Positions 47,180-60,440 of a stretch of DNA of 64,000 nt are shown piece by piece. Origin of the DNA: Vicugna vicugna (lineage: Eukaryota); the NCBI GenBank assembly GCA_013265495.1, contig MU057801.1:2262301-2326300 (forward strand). Direction: 5' to 3'. The position numbers were made by a program, and so were the translations under genes. A model generated the notes under the pieces. That model ran no database searches. It worked only from the letters and a program-made list of their open reading frames with translations, and was not told where the DNA came from. The first letter of the stretch is position 1, and each line of letters starts with the position of its first letter.

Positions 47180-50100
47180 CCCTAACGCATCGTGAGAACA
47201 CCCAGCGCTCAGCTGGAACTCCAAACACCAAAAGGGGAAGATCTCAAGCTGAATGAAAGAAAGACAACTAACAGATGACAGTTCTCAGTTAATAGAAACC
47301 CTGGAATTTTCTAATGAGGATTTCAAAGGAACCCTCCTAAAAATGCTTCAGCGAACCATCAGCCAAGTGCTTGAGACTAGAGTTCAAGCCACAGCATCAA
47401 GGAAGGAAGATTCTCAGCAGAAAACCCTAGAAGATACAAAGACGAAGCGAACAGGGACCTCAGAACTGAAAGGCACAATTAATGACCTAACAAGGGGATG
47501 ACTTCAACAGCAGAACAGAGGGAACCGAGGAAGGAATCGACGACCTGATGCGAGAACATTAAATCACAGTCTGAACAACAGAAAGAAGACAGAGGGAGAG
47601 AAAGGGCCCAGGGCCTCACAGCCTCCGTGATGATGAAACAAGGCTCATCTGGGCTGAGTCCCGGGGGAGGCGGGCAGAGCGGCTAGGATACACTTGTAGA
47701 AATGATGGCTGAAAATTTCCTAAATTTGGCAAGAAACATAAACCCATAGATTCTGGAAGTTCAGTGAAATACAAACGGCACAAAAGCAAAGACACCCATG
47801 CCACGTACACTTCTGGAAACTGAAGACAAAGAAGAGCATCTTGAAAGTGGCCGAGAGAAACATCAGCTCACTGAGCAGGAGGACAACCTGAGTGACAGCA
47901 CACTTCTCATCGGAAACCACGCAGTCGTATGGGGCACATTCCTCCAAGCACTGAAAGGAGAGAGCTGTCAGCCCAGGGCCACACACCCAGGGGAAACACG
48001 CTTCAGGAACGAAGGGGAGGTCAAAACTCCCCCAGACGCAGGAGCACCAGCAGACCTGCCCCAAACAGGAGGCAGAAGGCTGTTCTCCAAGCAGAAAGGA
48101 AACCCAGGAAGGAACCTGGGACGCCAGGAGTAAAGTGCCCAGTGAGCCAAAGACGGGAAACAAAACGCGCTTCTCTTCTCCTCCTGCACTTCCTAGATGA
48201 TGCTGAGACAGACACCACAAGGCTGACTGGCGGGGGCATGTGGAGGAAATATTCACAACATCGTATACTGAACATGGGAGGAAAAGGGACGGAAAGTAAG
48301 GTAAGATATCTGTATTTCCCTGGACTGAAAAAATGACACCACCATTAGCCTGGGACACGTTATGTAAATGCAGCATCTAACGCACTCACTCAAAACCTAT
48401 TGGGTGATACACCCCAAACACTGCAGGTAATCCAGCATTAACTCCCTCGAAGGCAGGAAAAGGAAGCAGAAAAACAAAAAACAGAGCAAAAACAGAAAAC
48501 AAAGAAACACAATGGCCAACTCCAACTCTAACACATCAATAATTACATTAAGTGTGAATGATCTAAACATACCAATTAAAAGACAGAGATTGGCAAAGCA
48601 GATTAAAAATATGGCCTAACTCTATGCCGTCCACAACAAACTCACTTCAATTATAACAACACAGACAGAAAGGAAAAGGACGCAAAAATACACATGATAC
48701 AAACATTCACCAAAGGAAAGCAGGAGAGGCTGGATTACTGTCACACAGACAGACTTCAGAGCAAGAAAATCACCAGAGACAGAAGGGAACACTGCATCAT
48801 GACCGGCAGCTCACCAAGGAGACAGCAATCCTAAAACCTATGCAGCAGACAGAGCCGCGAAACACATGAAGCCCAGACCGACCGAGACAAGCGGCGGACA
48901 GATCCGCGGCTGCGGTCACAGACAGCACCCACCCCAACCGGAGAGGCAGACGGAGACTAGCAAGCACATGTGAGACCGCAACCCCGCCTCGGCCAGCGCC
49001 TGCAGAGCGTGCCGCCCAGCAGCAGCGAGGCCACAGGACGCGGGCCCAGACAGACTGGCTCTGCGCCGTAAGAGGAACCTCGACAAACGTGTGAGAACTG
49101 CAGTCAGAGTGTTCTCCAGCTACAACGGAATCAACCGGAGGTCAACACGAGAAAGACAGGAGGAACCTCTTCAAACACTTGGCAATCCAACAAGATGCTT
49201 ATAAATAATCCATGAAAATCAACAAACATAATTTAATAAGTAAAAAAAAAGTAACAGAATTGTGAGACAGTCAAAGCAGCGCTCAGCGGGTAACTGACAG
49301 CACGAAAAATGCACACACGACAGAGGAAAATCTGTAAGCTAAGCTCCCACCCGCAACTCCCTAAAACAGAGCAAAATAAACCTGAAGAAAGTAGGATAGA
49401 AATCAGGGTAAGAGTAGGGATCAATGAAACTGAAAAATAGAGAAGACCACTGAATTCTACCAAATGTCTACAGAATGAACACCAGCCCTTCACAAGCTCT
49501 TCCAAGACACAGAAGAGGAGGGGATACTCGCCAACTCACCTGCGAGGCCAGCATCACCGTCTACCAAGCCAGACGAGGGCGTCACGAGAGAAAACTAAAC
49601 ACCCCTGTGAGTACAGACGCAGAATCCCTAACGAACACCAGACAAGCAACTCCAGCTACTCACAGAGGGGGCTACACACCGTGGCTCTGTGTTGTCCAAA
49701 GAGAGTCTTGCCTTTGCCCGGGATTCCTGGTAGGTGATCTCGAAGCCCTCAGAGCGTCCTGCCTGAGTGTTCCGTTTACCTGGGGGTCTTGGACAGTGTG
49801 GTTCGGCTCCACCCACGGAGGGGCTGGAGAACAAGGCCAGCCCCGTCCAGATGCCTGGGCCCCAGGAAACCCTGGACACCAGGTCTGGGTGCCTCTTCCA
49901 CGGCGACAACACTGCGTGCTCCACCCGCGGCCGCCCGCACAGCTGCAGTCGGGGAGGACACCAGGAAGCTCGCACTCAGGACTCCCCCGATCTGGCCCTC
50001 AGCACCTCTTCCTGGGGCTGATGTTACTCTGCAACCTTCTGCTACAATAAACCGTGACTGTGGCCAGGCAGCTTTCACTGAGTTGAGTCCTTCCAGAGAC

Positions 50101-51950
50101 TTGGAACCTGACAGTGCTCGGAGGAACCCCCAGCTGCTCAGCACTCGAGCAGGGCGCCTCCCAGGGACGCAAGGCTGGGCTGACACATGGAAACCAACCA
50201 ACAAAGACATGTTACTAGAACAAAGGACAAGCCCCACAGGATCATCTCCCAGGATGCAGAAAAGCACTGACAAGACCCAACACGCTTGATGATGAGAACA
50301 GCACACCAGAAGAAGGTGAAGGGCAGCTGAACACCCCCAGCGGACACTGCCCTCCACGGGGAGGCAGGAGCTCTCCAAGACAAGGACGTCTGCTCTCCCC
50401 ACCTCACCCATCACTGTCCGGGGTCTCGTCAGGGCGAAGGACAAGAAGATGAAGTGAAAGGTGTCCAGACTGCAGATGAAAAGCTACTGCTGTGTGCAGG
50501 TGACATGATTTTTCTATAAAGAAAAGCTTAAAAAAATTTAAAAAAAAAAAGCCCACCTCACTAGAGCTACTAAACAAGTTCAGCAAAGTTGCCGTATATG
50601 AATTAGTCCTTAAAATCTGAAAAGGAAGTTGAGAAAACAATTCCATCTAAACAGCATCAAAAAGAATAAAACACCTAGAGGAGCACAGCCCCCCGAGAAG
50701 GAGCGCCCGGACTGCACGCCCCAGGGCCCCGAGACGCTGCTGAAGGGAATGAGGCGCCCGAAGCACAGACTGTCCACTCAATGGCAGTGAGGAGGAAACA
50801 CTCTTCAAACTGGTCTGCAGAGTCCGTGTAACCCTCATCAAACCCCAGCTTCTCAGCAGACTGACCAGCTGACCCCAACATTCACATGGAAACACAAGGA
50901 ACCTCGAATAAGCAAAACAATCTTGAAAAAGAACAAAGTCGGAGGACTCACACTGGTTCCAAAGCCTACCACCCAGAGCTACAGTCATCGCACCAGCATG
51001 GTTCCGGCATAAAGACACACCACCGACCAGGGAACAGAGCAGACAGCCCAGAAGTAAACCCTCACAGATGTGGTCGAGGAATTTCCAACAGGACCGTTCA
51101 ACGGCCACAGGACAGTGTGTTCACCAAACGGCGCTGGGAGAAGTGGGCTGCCCACGCGGAATGTGGCTGGGCCCTTACCTCCACCGCACACACACATCAA
51201 CTCATAACGGATGAAAGATTTAACCTAAGAGCTAAACTGTGAAACTCTTACAATGAAACACAGGGTAAAAGCTTTGTGACCTCAGATTGGCAACGGTTTC
51301 TTGGGTATGTCATGAAAAACAAGCTACAAAAGAAAAAGTAGACTGAACTTCATCAAAATGTAAAACTTTACGCATCAAGAAACACTAATACACTAATAAC
51401 AGAGTCAAGAGGCAGCCCACAGAATGGGAGAAAACATTTGCAAATCACGTATCTGATAAGGGGCTAATACACAGAGCTGCTACAGCTCACACCAGGAGCA
51501 GCCCAACTCAAAGGCCAGCAGCGGACCTCAGCAGACCTTCCACCAGCCAAGGTGCACAGCGGCCAACAAGCTCAAGCAAAGAGTCTCAACGCTGCTAATC
51601 ACCAGGGGAACGAATCTCAAAAGCGCAAGGAGGAGTCACTTCCCACATCAGGGCAGCTATTATTGAAAAATAAACCAACCGGGAAACAGCAACTGTTGTG
51701 AAGTGTGGAGAGCTGGGACCTTGTATGCTGCTGCTGGGAACGAAAAATGGTGCAACCTGCAATTTGCCAGGAAGTTACAGATGGACTTTCCACATGCCCA
51801 GCACCCCCAGTCCTCGGGACATAACCAAGAGCTGCAAACGCCACCCCCAAAACCTGAGCGCAAATACTCACAGCAGCATTATTCCTAAGAGACCCAAAGT
51901 GAAAACAGCCCAAATCTCCCCTGGCTGATAAACGGTTAAACTGGAGTATC
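47180..51950 (+). mobile_element. decayed near-full-length old L1M (ORF1 + ORF2 remnants), antisense to NAPB in intron 7
   Basis: ORF1-like atgatggctgaaaatttcctaaatttgg; endonuclease-start-like attacattaagtgtgaatgatctaaac...attaaaagacagagattgg; RT-region gaggccagcatcacc and tgcaggtgacatgatt; agaatgggagaaaacatttgcaaatcac; frameshifted. Confidence 0.85.
49688..50140 (+). mobile_element. MER21-like LTR nested in the L1
   Basis: ccaaagagagtcttgcctttgccc...ctacaataaaccgtgactgtg...ctgagttgagtccttccagagac..gaacctg resembles recalled MER21; L1 sequence resumes contiguously on both sides. Confidence 0.6.
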
Positions 51951-52270
51951 AGTCGCCCCATGGTACCCTGGGGACTAGCTCCAGGACCGCCGGGTACAAC
52001 ATCTTCGGGGGCTCGAGCCCACCAGGCCTCCCCCCACACCTGAGGTTCCACGCCTGCGGTTCTCCCACCACGAGGAGGGGAGAGCGGTGTCTCTCCGCGA
52101 CGAAGGAAAGGCTTTAGAATGAGGCAGTGGTGCCGGCTGCAGAGCTGCGAGCGGGCTACAACTCACTGACCTGCACTCCGAGGATGGAGGACACGACATG
52201 CGAATCACACTTCAACAAAAGTCAAAATTAAACACAACGTTCAGGCACAGAGAGGACCGCAGCCGCCCAC

Positions 52271-52355
52271 CTGCTCGTAGATCTCGATGGCTCTCTGGTA
52301 CTGCTCCAGCTGTGCGGCATAGGCCGCCACCTTCAGCAGACACTTGTTCGCCGAG
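52271..52355 (-). CDS. NAPB: NAPB exon 7 ([28 protein letters not shown])
   Basis: 85 nt, ttgcag acceptor, GT donor. Confidence 0.97.
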
Positions 52356-52492
52356 CTGCAACCAAGACCAGGCAGGTTACGGCTCCAACACAGAGACGCC
52401 AAGAACGGAGAAGTCCGTCCTCCACCCCAACCGTCCAGCCCAGCGCGCTCACACGCCAAAGCCACGCGACGACTCCGGGGAGTGACACTTGC

Positions 52493-52548
52493 CTGTTGGA
52501 CTCCTCCCCTTTGTAGTAATCAGCCGACTGCTCGTAATGGGCGATTGC
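52493..52548 (-). CDS. NAPB: NAPB exon 6 ([18 protein letters not shown]), followed by a GC donor
   Basis: 56 nt; junction AACAG|GCAAGT restores EESNSSANK in frame. Confidence 0.95.
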
Positions 52549-54142
52549 CTGCAAACACACACATGTTTTACTCAGACTGCGTGCTTGAAGAGCTGCGCTT
52601 AAAAACTGCAGTTGAACAGGGACTTTTCCTATAAACAAACCTGTCCAAACAGCAAACCTTCCACAACCCGGCCTCCTTTATTTTGGGAACGCAAGAAAGC
52701 ACGCACTTCCAGGCGGCCAGTGGCCGACAGCTGCCCCACGGCAAACGCCCAGCCTGCCGCTCCCCTCCCCGACGCTCCTCACCAAAGGACGTAAGCAGAC
52801 CCGTAGACCTGCCGGGAGCCATCTCCAGACATGGCCCATACACCGGAGTCCGCACCCTCCCCCAGGCCTCTTCCCTTCCCAGGAGGTGGAAGCCACAAAC
52901 TGAAGGCGGCAGACCTTCTGTCCCGGTTCCCAGTAGCCACACAGGGCAGAACGTATTCAACCCAGTGTCCACACCACCATCCAACCCAGAGCAGCCACGG
53001 TGGGTCGTTCCTTTGGACCCACGGCTGCTACTGCTGCACAGACGCCCCTCAAGGACACTCTAATGTCGTCCAGAATCGGGGTGCCGCCTCCCACCCAACA
53101 CGGCCGGGCAGGAGTGACGGTTGTGGGGGTGCAGAGGCTGCAGGCTGGGGAGCCAGAAGCCGCTCTGGCTGGGGTGTAGGGTTCAGCGAAAGAAAGCATC
53201 TGTCAAGTCGGAAAGCGGAACACGTGGCTGCCGGGGCAGAAACTCGGGAAAAGGCGCTAAGGGGCAGGTGACGGGCGTGTGGTTTTTAGTAAGGCTGGCA
53301 AGAGAACTCCGCAGAGCCAGCTGGTTTGCAGGCAACGATGAAACGCAGGGCCTTGCAGGTGGGAAAGGCCCGTGGCGCCTGTCCCCACATGGGAGGGACA
53401 AGCCCAAACAGCGTTTAATCCAGGGTCCATGGACCTGTATGCAGAGGCCCGGGACTGCCCTCGACCTGCCGCCCCACTGGGCTCCCAGCGACAACACATG
53501 CGGGGACGGGCGCAGCTGTGCCCAGAGATTCAACCTACGGACAGTGGACTTTCAACGCCGTATAGCTTTCCTGTGTCGTGAAATGCTTTTTCCCACCAGC
53601 AATTAAAAGTGTAAAGACTGTTCTCAGCTTGCGGGCCCAGGTGCCCCGGGGAGAGTGGCCCTACCTGCTCCACGGACCACAGGCCAGCACCCCCATTCAA
53701 GCCAGGACAGGGCACGGGGACGCTAGGAGCTGCACCAGGAGACCCCTCGGCTGGGTGGACGAGGTGCAGGGCCACCTCCGCAGCCACAGAGCCCGCACGC
53801 CGTCTGGACCACAGGCACTGGGGCCAGTTTGTGAAGAACAGACGCTTCCATGCTGAGCAGTGATGTCTGGGGCCTGCTGGGCAGCCGTGGAGCCCACTCT
53901 GATGAACTAACAGGCCCCACACGAGTTCTCTCGGTATTACGTACAAGAGGAGAAAAACTGAAACCAATTTAGGTGGTTCCCTGTAATGGGCCACTGGACT
54001 AAGCTGAGAACAATGATGGAAAGTACCAATACAGAAGGTTCTCGAAATGTCAAATAAAAAACAGCCATAAAAAGACACATACAAACACAGACACGTGGAG
54101 GAGACAGCTGGAGCCTGTCCCTCTGGAGCAGTCGGAGCTGCC

Positions 54143-54174
54143 ACACACACAGACACAGACACACACACACACAC
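54143..54174. repeat. imperfect (CA)n microsatellite
   Basis: acacacacagacacagacacacacacacacac. Confidence 0.75.
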
Positions 54175-54980
54175 GGGACCCTGGCTGACGCGCACACACC
54201 CACCAGCATGCAACACTAGCTCTGCACCAGCCAACACAGCCGCCTGCAAGGTTGTAAGCAGCGGGGACACACTGCTGACGAGGACCGCGAGGTGCGGACA
54301 CACACAGGACACTTCGAGCCACCAGGACCAGGGAGCGCGCGGTGAGAGGGGGCAGACCCAGCCCCAGGCACCCGCACCATGGCGGGGAGGAGAGAAGGGA
54401 CCAGCCAAGGGGGGTACATGCGGGGGCAAGGGTGGGCAGAGACCAGGTGGGCACAGTGCTCTGGGAGCCGAGGGAAAAGGTGCCACCGCAGAGGAGAAGT
54501 GAGGTGGGGTGGAGGTTGGGCTCTGAGCTCAGCGTCCCCACTGCCCACACACACCCTTCCTGACTCACACCTGCCATCCACAGCAAACACTGTCCCAGGC
54601 TGAGCCAAGGCCAAAGTCTGGGCGACAGTGGCTCAGCAAAGTCCCCTCCCTCCTCTCCTGCTGCTCCTGTGAACCTCAGCTCAGGAAGTGACTTGAGGGA
54701 CATGCAGAGTGAACCACCCCACCCAGGTCAGGGCCTGATCTAAGGCATGTAATGCCCATCTGCCGTCCTCAGCCTCCCACAGGGCCATGCGGACGGGGCA
54801 GACGAGGGCCCTCGGAGGTAGGTTCTGACAGACACCAGCCAGAGCAGAGCACAGGTGGGCCTGGTCAGTCCGAACCAGCTCTCCTGCTTGGACACGCGCT
54901 CCAGGACAAGAGCCTCCCCACCCCAGGCCGAGGTCTCCCCGCAGCCCCACAAGGACGGCAGCCCTCTGGCCCGCACACAC

Positions 54981-55058
54981 CTTCTCGATGTCCACCAGCT
55001 CTGTCTCGTAGATCTCGGCGATGGTGATGTGGTGCTTGGCCGCGATGGTGAACCTGCC
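54981..55058 (-). CDS. NAPB: NAPB exon 5 ([26 protein letters not shown])
   Basis: 78 nt, AG/GT flanks. Confidence 0.97.
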
Positions 55059-55162
55059 CTGGGGAGGAACACAGGACGGTCACACCGGTCACGCCGGCTT
55101 ACATGGCCGGAGCCATCTCCAGGGCTCCACCCCACAGCCGCTCAAGCAGGGCGCGCTCTTAC

Positions 55163-55209
55163 CATGTCTGTGTAAATGTCGATGGCTGCGTTTAAGCAGT
55201 TGATAGCCT
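55163..55209 (-). CDS. NAPB: NAPB exon 4 (EAINCLNAAIDIYTDM)
   Basis: 47 nt, cttcag acceptor, GTAAGA donor. Confidence 0.96.
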
Positions 55210-56706
55210 CTGAAGCGAAGGCATTTAAGGAAAACAATGAAAAGTCCGTTCAGTCAGAGGGTTTGGTGAGCCTGCCTTCCTGGCTGTCACTAGAACCCTA
55301 GGAGGCCCCGTGCGGGGCGGAGAACGTGGCGCGCACGTCCACCCCTCCGGTGTGCCACGTGCGGCCCTGGACCGGCGGGGGTTGGTGCGGCGACCCCCTG
55401 CCCCGACGGTGAGGGCGATGCGGGGGCGGGCTGCGTTACCAGTGCTGCGGGGACGGGGCTCCTCAGCTGCTCAGCAGAGCCAACACTCCGCACGGAGTTA
55501 AGCCGCGCTGACTGTCAGGCTGCTAACCGCCGACAGGAGGAAAACCTCCATGGAACCGGAGCGCCAACGAGCTACACTGACCTCCGAGACCAGCGGGCCA
55601 GCAGCTCCCGCCACAGGCACGCTGTTCATGACACCGGCATGTGGCCGGAGGCTCCGAAATTACTGCCTTTGCTTTAAAGAGGCCTCAGTGCACGATGAGA
55701 AAGGCAAGGAGATTAACCAAAATAAGAGCCACTTCCCCCTAAGCTGCGTCAGAAGTGTGGATGGTCACCCCTTGAGAACTCAGAAAAGGAGACACACTAG
55801 CTGCCCACGGACCCTCTGCAGCCCGGCCGGGATTCTGCGGCACGTTTCCTGCCCACGTGCTCAGGGCCGTTCCTACAAGCACGCGTCCTGTGACCGCGGT
55901 CTCAGCTCCCGTGCACTGCTTCTGCTGTCGGGTGAGCACTTCCCAGCTCACTGAAGACCCCCGAAGCCCTCCGGGGGGCTGTGGTCCTGCCTCGCACTCT
56001 AGTGTGGGCAGGGGGTGACCCTCTCCGTCCGCTCTGACTGTGTGCAGACAGTGCCCAGCTGTTCACTTCTGCACGTAAACCGTGATGAGCCTGACACAAC
56101 AGCCCCTGAAATATCTTATTTCTGTGTGATATATTCGTAAGAGTCAGGACTTCTGAGTTAAAAGGTCGCCCAAAACAAAGGGAGATTCCACAGCCACCAG
56201 CACACGTGCAGAGGGAAGAAGTCAGGCTTCACACCCCTAAGTGAACACGCCTCTAACTAAAAAGGAAAGGACGTGTGCAACACTTCCCTAAATACCCAAG
56301 ATCATTCTTTCCTCCAAACCAATACTTTGAGAAAAACACTTTTAAAAAGCAAGATGACTTCTGCGTGCGTAAGCTGTCTGTAACTATTAGATTTTATGAC
56401 CTCCTGAAACTGGATCTCCACACACAGCAGGAGTTCAGGAGAACCGCCCGTGTCCTTTAGTGAGCGACGCACACGTTCATCAGATTAAGGCAACAGGAAG
56501 ACTGGTCAAATTAAAGCTAATTTCCAGGTCTGCACACGCAGCAGAGAGGGAGTTTAAGAAAACGCAACTGCCCACAGAACAGTCGGGATACATTTGACCC
56601 ACCTTCTCCCTGTAAGAGCTTCCAGTGACACAGAAAGATCCCATCACCACGTCCCCACCGCCCCCTGGCAGCTCGGTGGGCAGCAGGCCGGGCGGGCGGG
56701 GCTCAC

Positions 56707-56823
56707 CTTGGGGGTCTGCCTTCTTGTAGGCGTTCCCGGCGTCCACGAAGCTGGTGGCAGAATCGTGTTTGCTCTGCAGCTGCATGTGGAGCTTGGCTGC
56801 CTGACAGAATGCATTCCCTGCAG
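56707..56823 (-). CDS. NAPB: NAPB exon 3 ([39 protein letters not shown])
   Basis: 117 nt, ctccag acceptor, GTGAGC donor. Confidence 0.97.
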
Positions 56824-57729
56824 CTGGAGAAGATAGTTTCTGAGTTAAAGGAAGGTGCACGTGTCCCCATAGGGTGGCCCGAGTTCCAGGTCCACCCAGG
56901 GGATCGATAGTCACCTCCCCGGCTGCACACAGGGGCTGGAGAAACTGCCAGGACCAGGGAAAAAGGCTTCCATCCATCCTAAGCGCCCAGTGGCGGGTGT
57001 CCAGCTCTGACCCCACACAGACCCCACACCATCGGGGAGTCCTGCCGGGACACCTGGGGCCAGGGGACACCGTGGGCCAGGACACGCCCACCACCCTGTC
57101 TGCATCCACTGGTTTAGCCATCATCCTGAAGAAATGACTCTGGAGGCCCCTGGACAAGCAGTTTCTCAGACAGTGAAAACCAGGCCCACAATTCCAAAGT
57201 CGAAGTTTTTTCTTAAGTTAACGACCGAATCTGACCGAGACCCCTGAGGTTTCGACCGTGTCCCACCTGGTATGAAAGTGGTGCCCGGCCCAGGCCAGGG
57301 CCACCCAGGTCTCTGCGGGGACGCAGCCGGTGGGAGAGGGAGGTTCTGGATCAGGAACCGTGGATTCCAGAGCGGCTGCAAGTGGAGACCAGAGGTGGCC
57401 GGCTGCCCGCAGGAGCGAGCGGGCTGGGCCACGGGAACCAGGCCCGGGGAGGTGGAGCGCATGGCCTAGGCCGCAGCCACTGGGTCCCGAGGGCTGCAGC
57501 ACCGGGCGCGCCAGGACCAGCGCAGCGCGGGGGCCTGAGCAGGAAGGTCGGGACTCACAGAAGTGGACCCAAGAGCCGCCCCGTTAGGAAGAACGTGACC
57601 GAGAGAACCCAAACCTCTCAGAACTTAGAACATGTTGTCATGAACGCTTCAAAAACATTCAGAAAAGCACAGAGAACAGCGACAGACGCCTCCGAGCCCT
57701 GCTGGTTCAGGGCATCCACGCTGAACGCC

Positions 57730-57875
57730 TTTCTAGGAAACAAAAATCTGTACCCACAACGAGAAAGAGCAGGAAAAGAGGTCCAAGCGTGTGCGCGTAT
57801 GACTGAGACACGATGCTGCGCACCAGAGACCGACACGCTGTGACCGACTGTACTTCAGTTAGAAAGGAAAAAACA
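57730..57875 (+). mobile_element. L1 3' terminal fragment (third copy)
   Basis: tatgactgagacacgatgctgcgcaccagagaccgacacgctgtgaccgactgtacttcagtt followed by an A-rich tail. Confidence 0.65.
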
Positions 57876-60149
57876 AAGACACCCGACTCCTCCGCCACCC
57901 GAGCGCAGCCCCGTCTGGAGCCCTCCGCAGACGTGAGCCTCCTGGGGCTCCGGGCCTCTCCGGGGGGAGGAGAGGCGGGACAAGCCCGAACCCTGCTCCG
58001 CGCAGCTCTGAAAGCCCTGACCGACCATGCGGCCCGGGGACGGCTGGTCTGAGTGGACGCTGGCCCACGGCCAGCGCTGCGCTGGAGAAGCCACAACCCT
58101 TACGTCGGTGGACGTGAACCTGTGAACCAGAGGAGGGCTGCGCGGCAGCCAGAGTGCGAGCCGGCACGCAGCCCCCGGGGCGCGGCTCTGACAGGCTCGG
58201 CCTCAGACGTGGGTGGTGATCGCTTGGACCTTCCACGTGAAGCGCTTCCAACAGCCTGGCTCCAGCCACATGGTGGCCACTTCCACCATCACGTGTAAAT
58301 CCATCCTGAGACCGTACCTGTGCTCTGTGCGTTTAAATACCAGCATTTCATTGACAACCAAGTCCTCCCTTCCCACCAGCAATGTCACTTCTGGCAGCTC
58401 ACCTGTGCTGGCCGTCGCAGAACAACCACAGCCGCCACTTTGGCCACGCGGTCCGACCATGGCTGGCGGAGAGAGCACGGCGCCCAGGCCCTCCTGGGCC
58501 AGCTCCATGTCCCCAGACAGCCTTAAGGGCGTTGGTCTCACAAGCTCACACTCTCACCTTCCAAAACGAGCTGCTGGCTTGCTTCCTCAGTCTGAGCACT
58601 CATTCCAGCCCAATCTCTCCACACCTGGAGGTGTCTTTAGAGGAGCGTGTGCTCAACCAGAGTCACCTCCTTCCTAGACCCAACTTCTTCAACTGTAAAG
58701 CGTCTGACACCTGCCAAGATGATCTCTCAAAAGCTGAGTGTCAAACGAATCAGCTAAAGAGGTGCAGTGGTGTCATGATCAGCATCCCTGCAACATGGAC
58801 GTCATTTCAGAGAACTGGCAGTTACTTATTCACGACACAGATGTCCTGAGCATCCGCTGTGCAGCAGGTGCTGGTCCAGCAGAGAGCACACACCCTGGCC
58901 CCCCAAGGCCTCCGTTCCGAGTGAGGGACGGGACACAGCAGAGCACAGACAATACAGATGAGTAAAGGGACTTCAGGAGCATGGAGACAGCACCCCAGAC
59001 ACGAGGCGCCCAGGAGGGAAACACAAGCCCCCTTAGGTGGTGATGCCCCTCGAAAGGGATATCCAAAGCTTAGAGCAGCTGGTCTCCAGATTAAAGATAT
59101 CAAGGTCCTTTTAGATAAGATTGCTCTTTACCTATGATGACAGGACCTGAACCACACAGGAGCTGTGAATGAATGCTGAGCGAATACTCCTCCCCTCCGT
59201 TGAAAAAGCACATTGTAATTCAGGTGTCAGTGCATTCTGGAAACAGAACACACCCTTTCAACCCAAAACTAAACCCACAGAGGAATTTTACAGCCAGAAA
59301 GGCCCTCTGAGAGCCATCCAGTTCACCAGCATCGTCTCCACTGAAACGGTTTCAGCGTCAGCCTCAAAAGCAAGTGGGGAGGTCGAGACACAGCACCCCC
59401 CAGGTTACACAGTGTGACGGGCCGGCCGTCTCCACCGCGCTGGGAAAAGCACTCGAGGAGGGCAGGCCCCCCCAGGTCACCTGCAGGTACGAGGGCCGGG
59501 GACCCACACGCTGCAGGGCAGCAGCCGTCCGGCCTTCATCACAGAGACGCGCACCACAGAACTCGTTTCCGGGCGCAGGGGATGGATCTGCTCCTCAGAT
59601 CAGTGTTGGAAAGAGCCACCCCCTCTCAGAACAACGAAAAGAACCCTGCTGATGTCATTTCGCGTCATTCCCCTGAGCAGGAAGCCTGATGCTGGGAAGG
59701 GCCAAGTCCGGTGGGCTTTACAGCCATCACACCCCATGGCTGCGTCTCTCGTGGACCACAGCACACAGGTTATCACAGACTGAGGAGCGGTCGGAAGCTC
59801 TCCGCAGGGTCCAGGTAAAGGAAAGCAGGCGTTTCTGTCCAGCCCACTGGCTTTCAGCAAGTTTTAGTGCAGCTTTCTTCCCTGTGGGCTTACTGGAGTA
59901 CATCAGCAAGAAGCCAAGGCTCCCCTTCGTAACGCCACGTAAGTTCAGGTCTTTCTACTAAGTGGTTCCCAGACACTGAAGCAGACCCGGTCTCCAGGCT
60001 TTAGTCAGGGCGCCTGGGCCCTGCCCTGGTCCATGGAGCTGACACCTGCTCCCGGCTGGCAGTCTCTACGGGGAGGCAGACAGGGACTTCCTCCCTCAGA
60101 GATTTTAAAGTTATTCAGCTGAAAAGCAAACAAAGTTCTGTCTACGTAC

Positions 60150-60229
60150 CACTCCAGTTCTTGGCCATCTTGAACATATTTGCAGCTCTGGTATACATTT
60201 CACAGGCCTCTTCAATTCTTGTGTTTCCT
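60150..60229 (-). CDS. NAPB: NAPB exon 2 ([26 protein letters not shown]); exon 1 lies beyond the window
   Basis: 80 nt, tttttcag acceptor, GTACGT donor; exons 2-11 total 799 nt. Confidence 0.96.
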
Positions 60230-60344
60230 CTGAAAAATATTTAAAAATGAGGCTCAGTTTTACTGGAATGACCATCCACATCCCCCCCCAACAAGGAACA
60301 CTTAACGAGCACTTGCTGCTTGCCAGAGCAGCATGACAGAATCT

Positions 60345-60440
60345 TAGCAGCTGCTCAGAGGGGGTGCTCTAATCACCCCGTATTCCAGATGAGGAAACCG
60401 AGGCCCACGACAGCGACCAGGGAAAGCTCACACAGCAAGG
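60345..60440. mobile_element. MIR fragment
   Basis: aatcaccccgtattccagatgaggaaaccgaggcccac. Confidence 0.6.
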
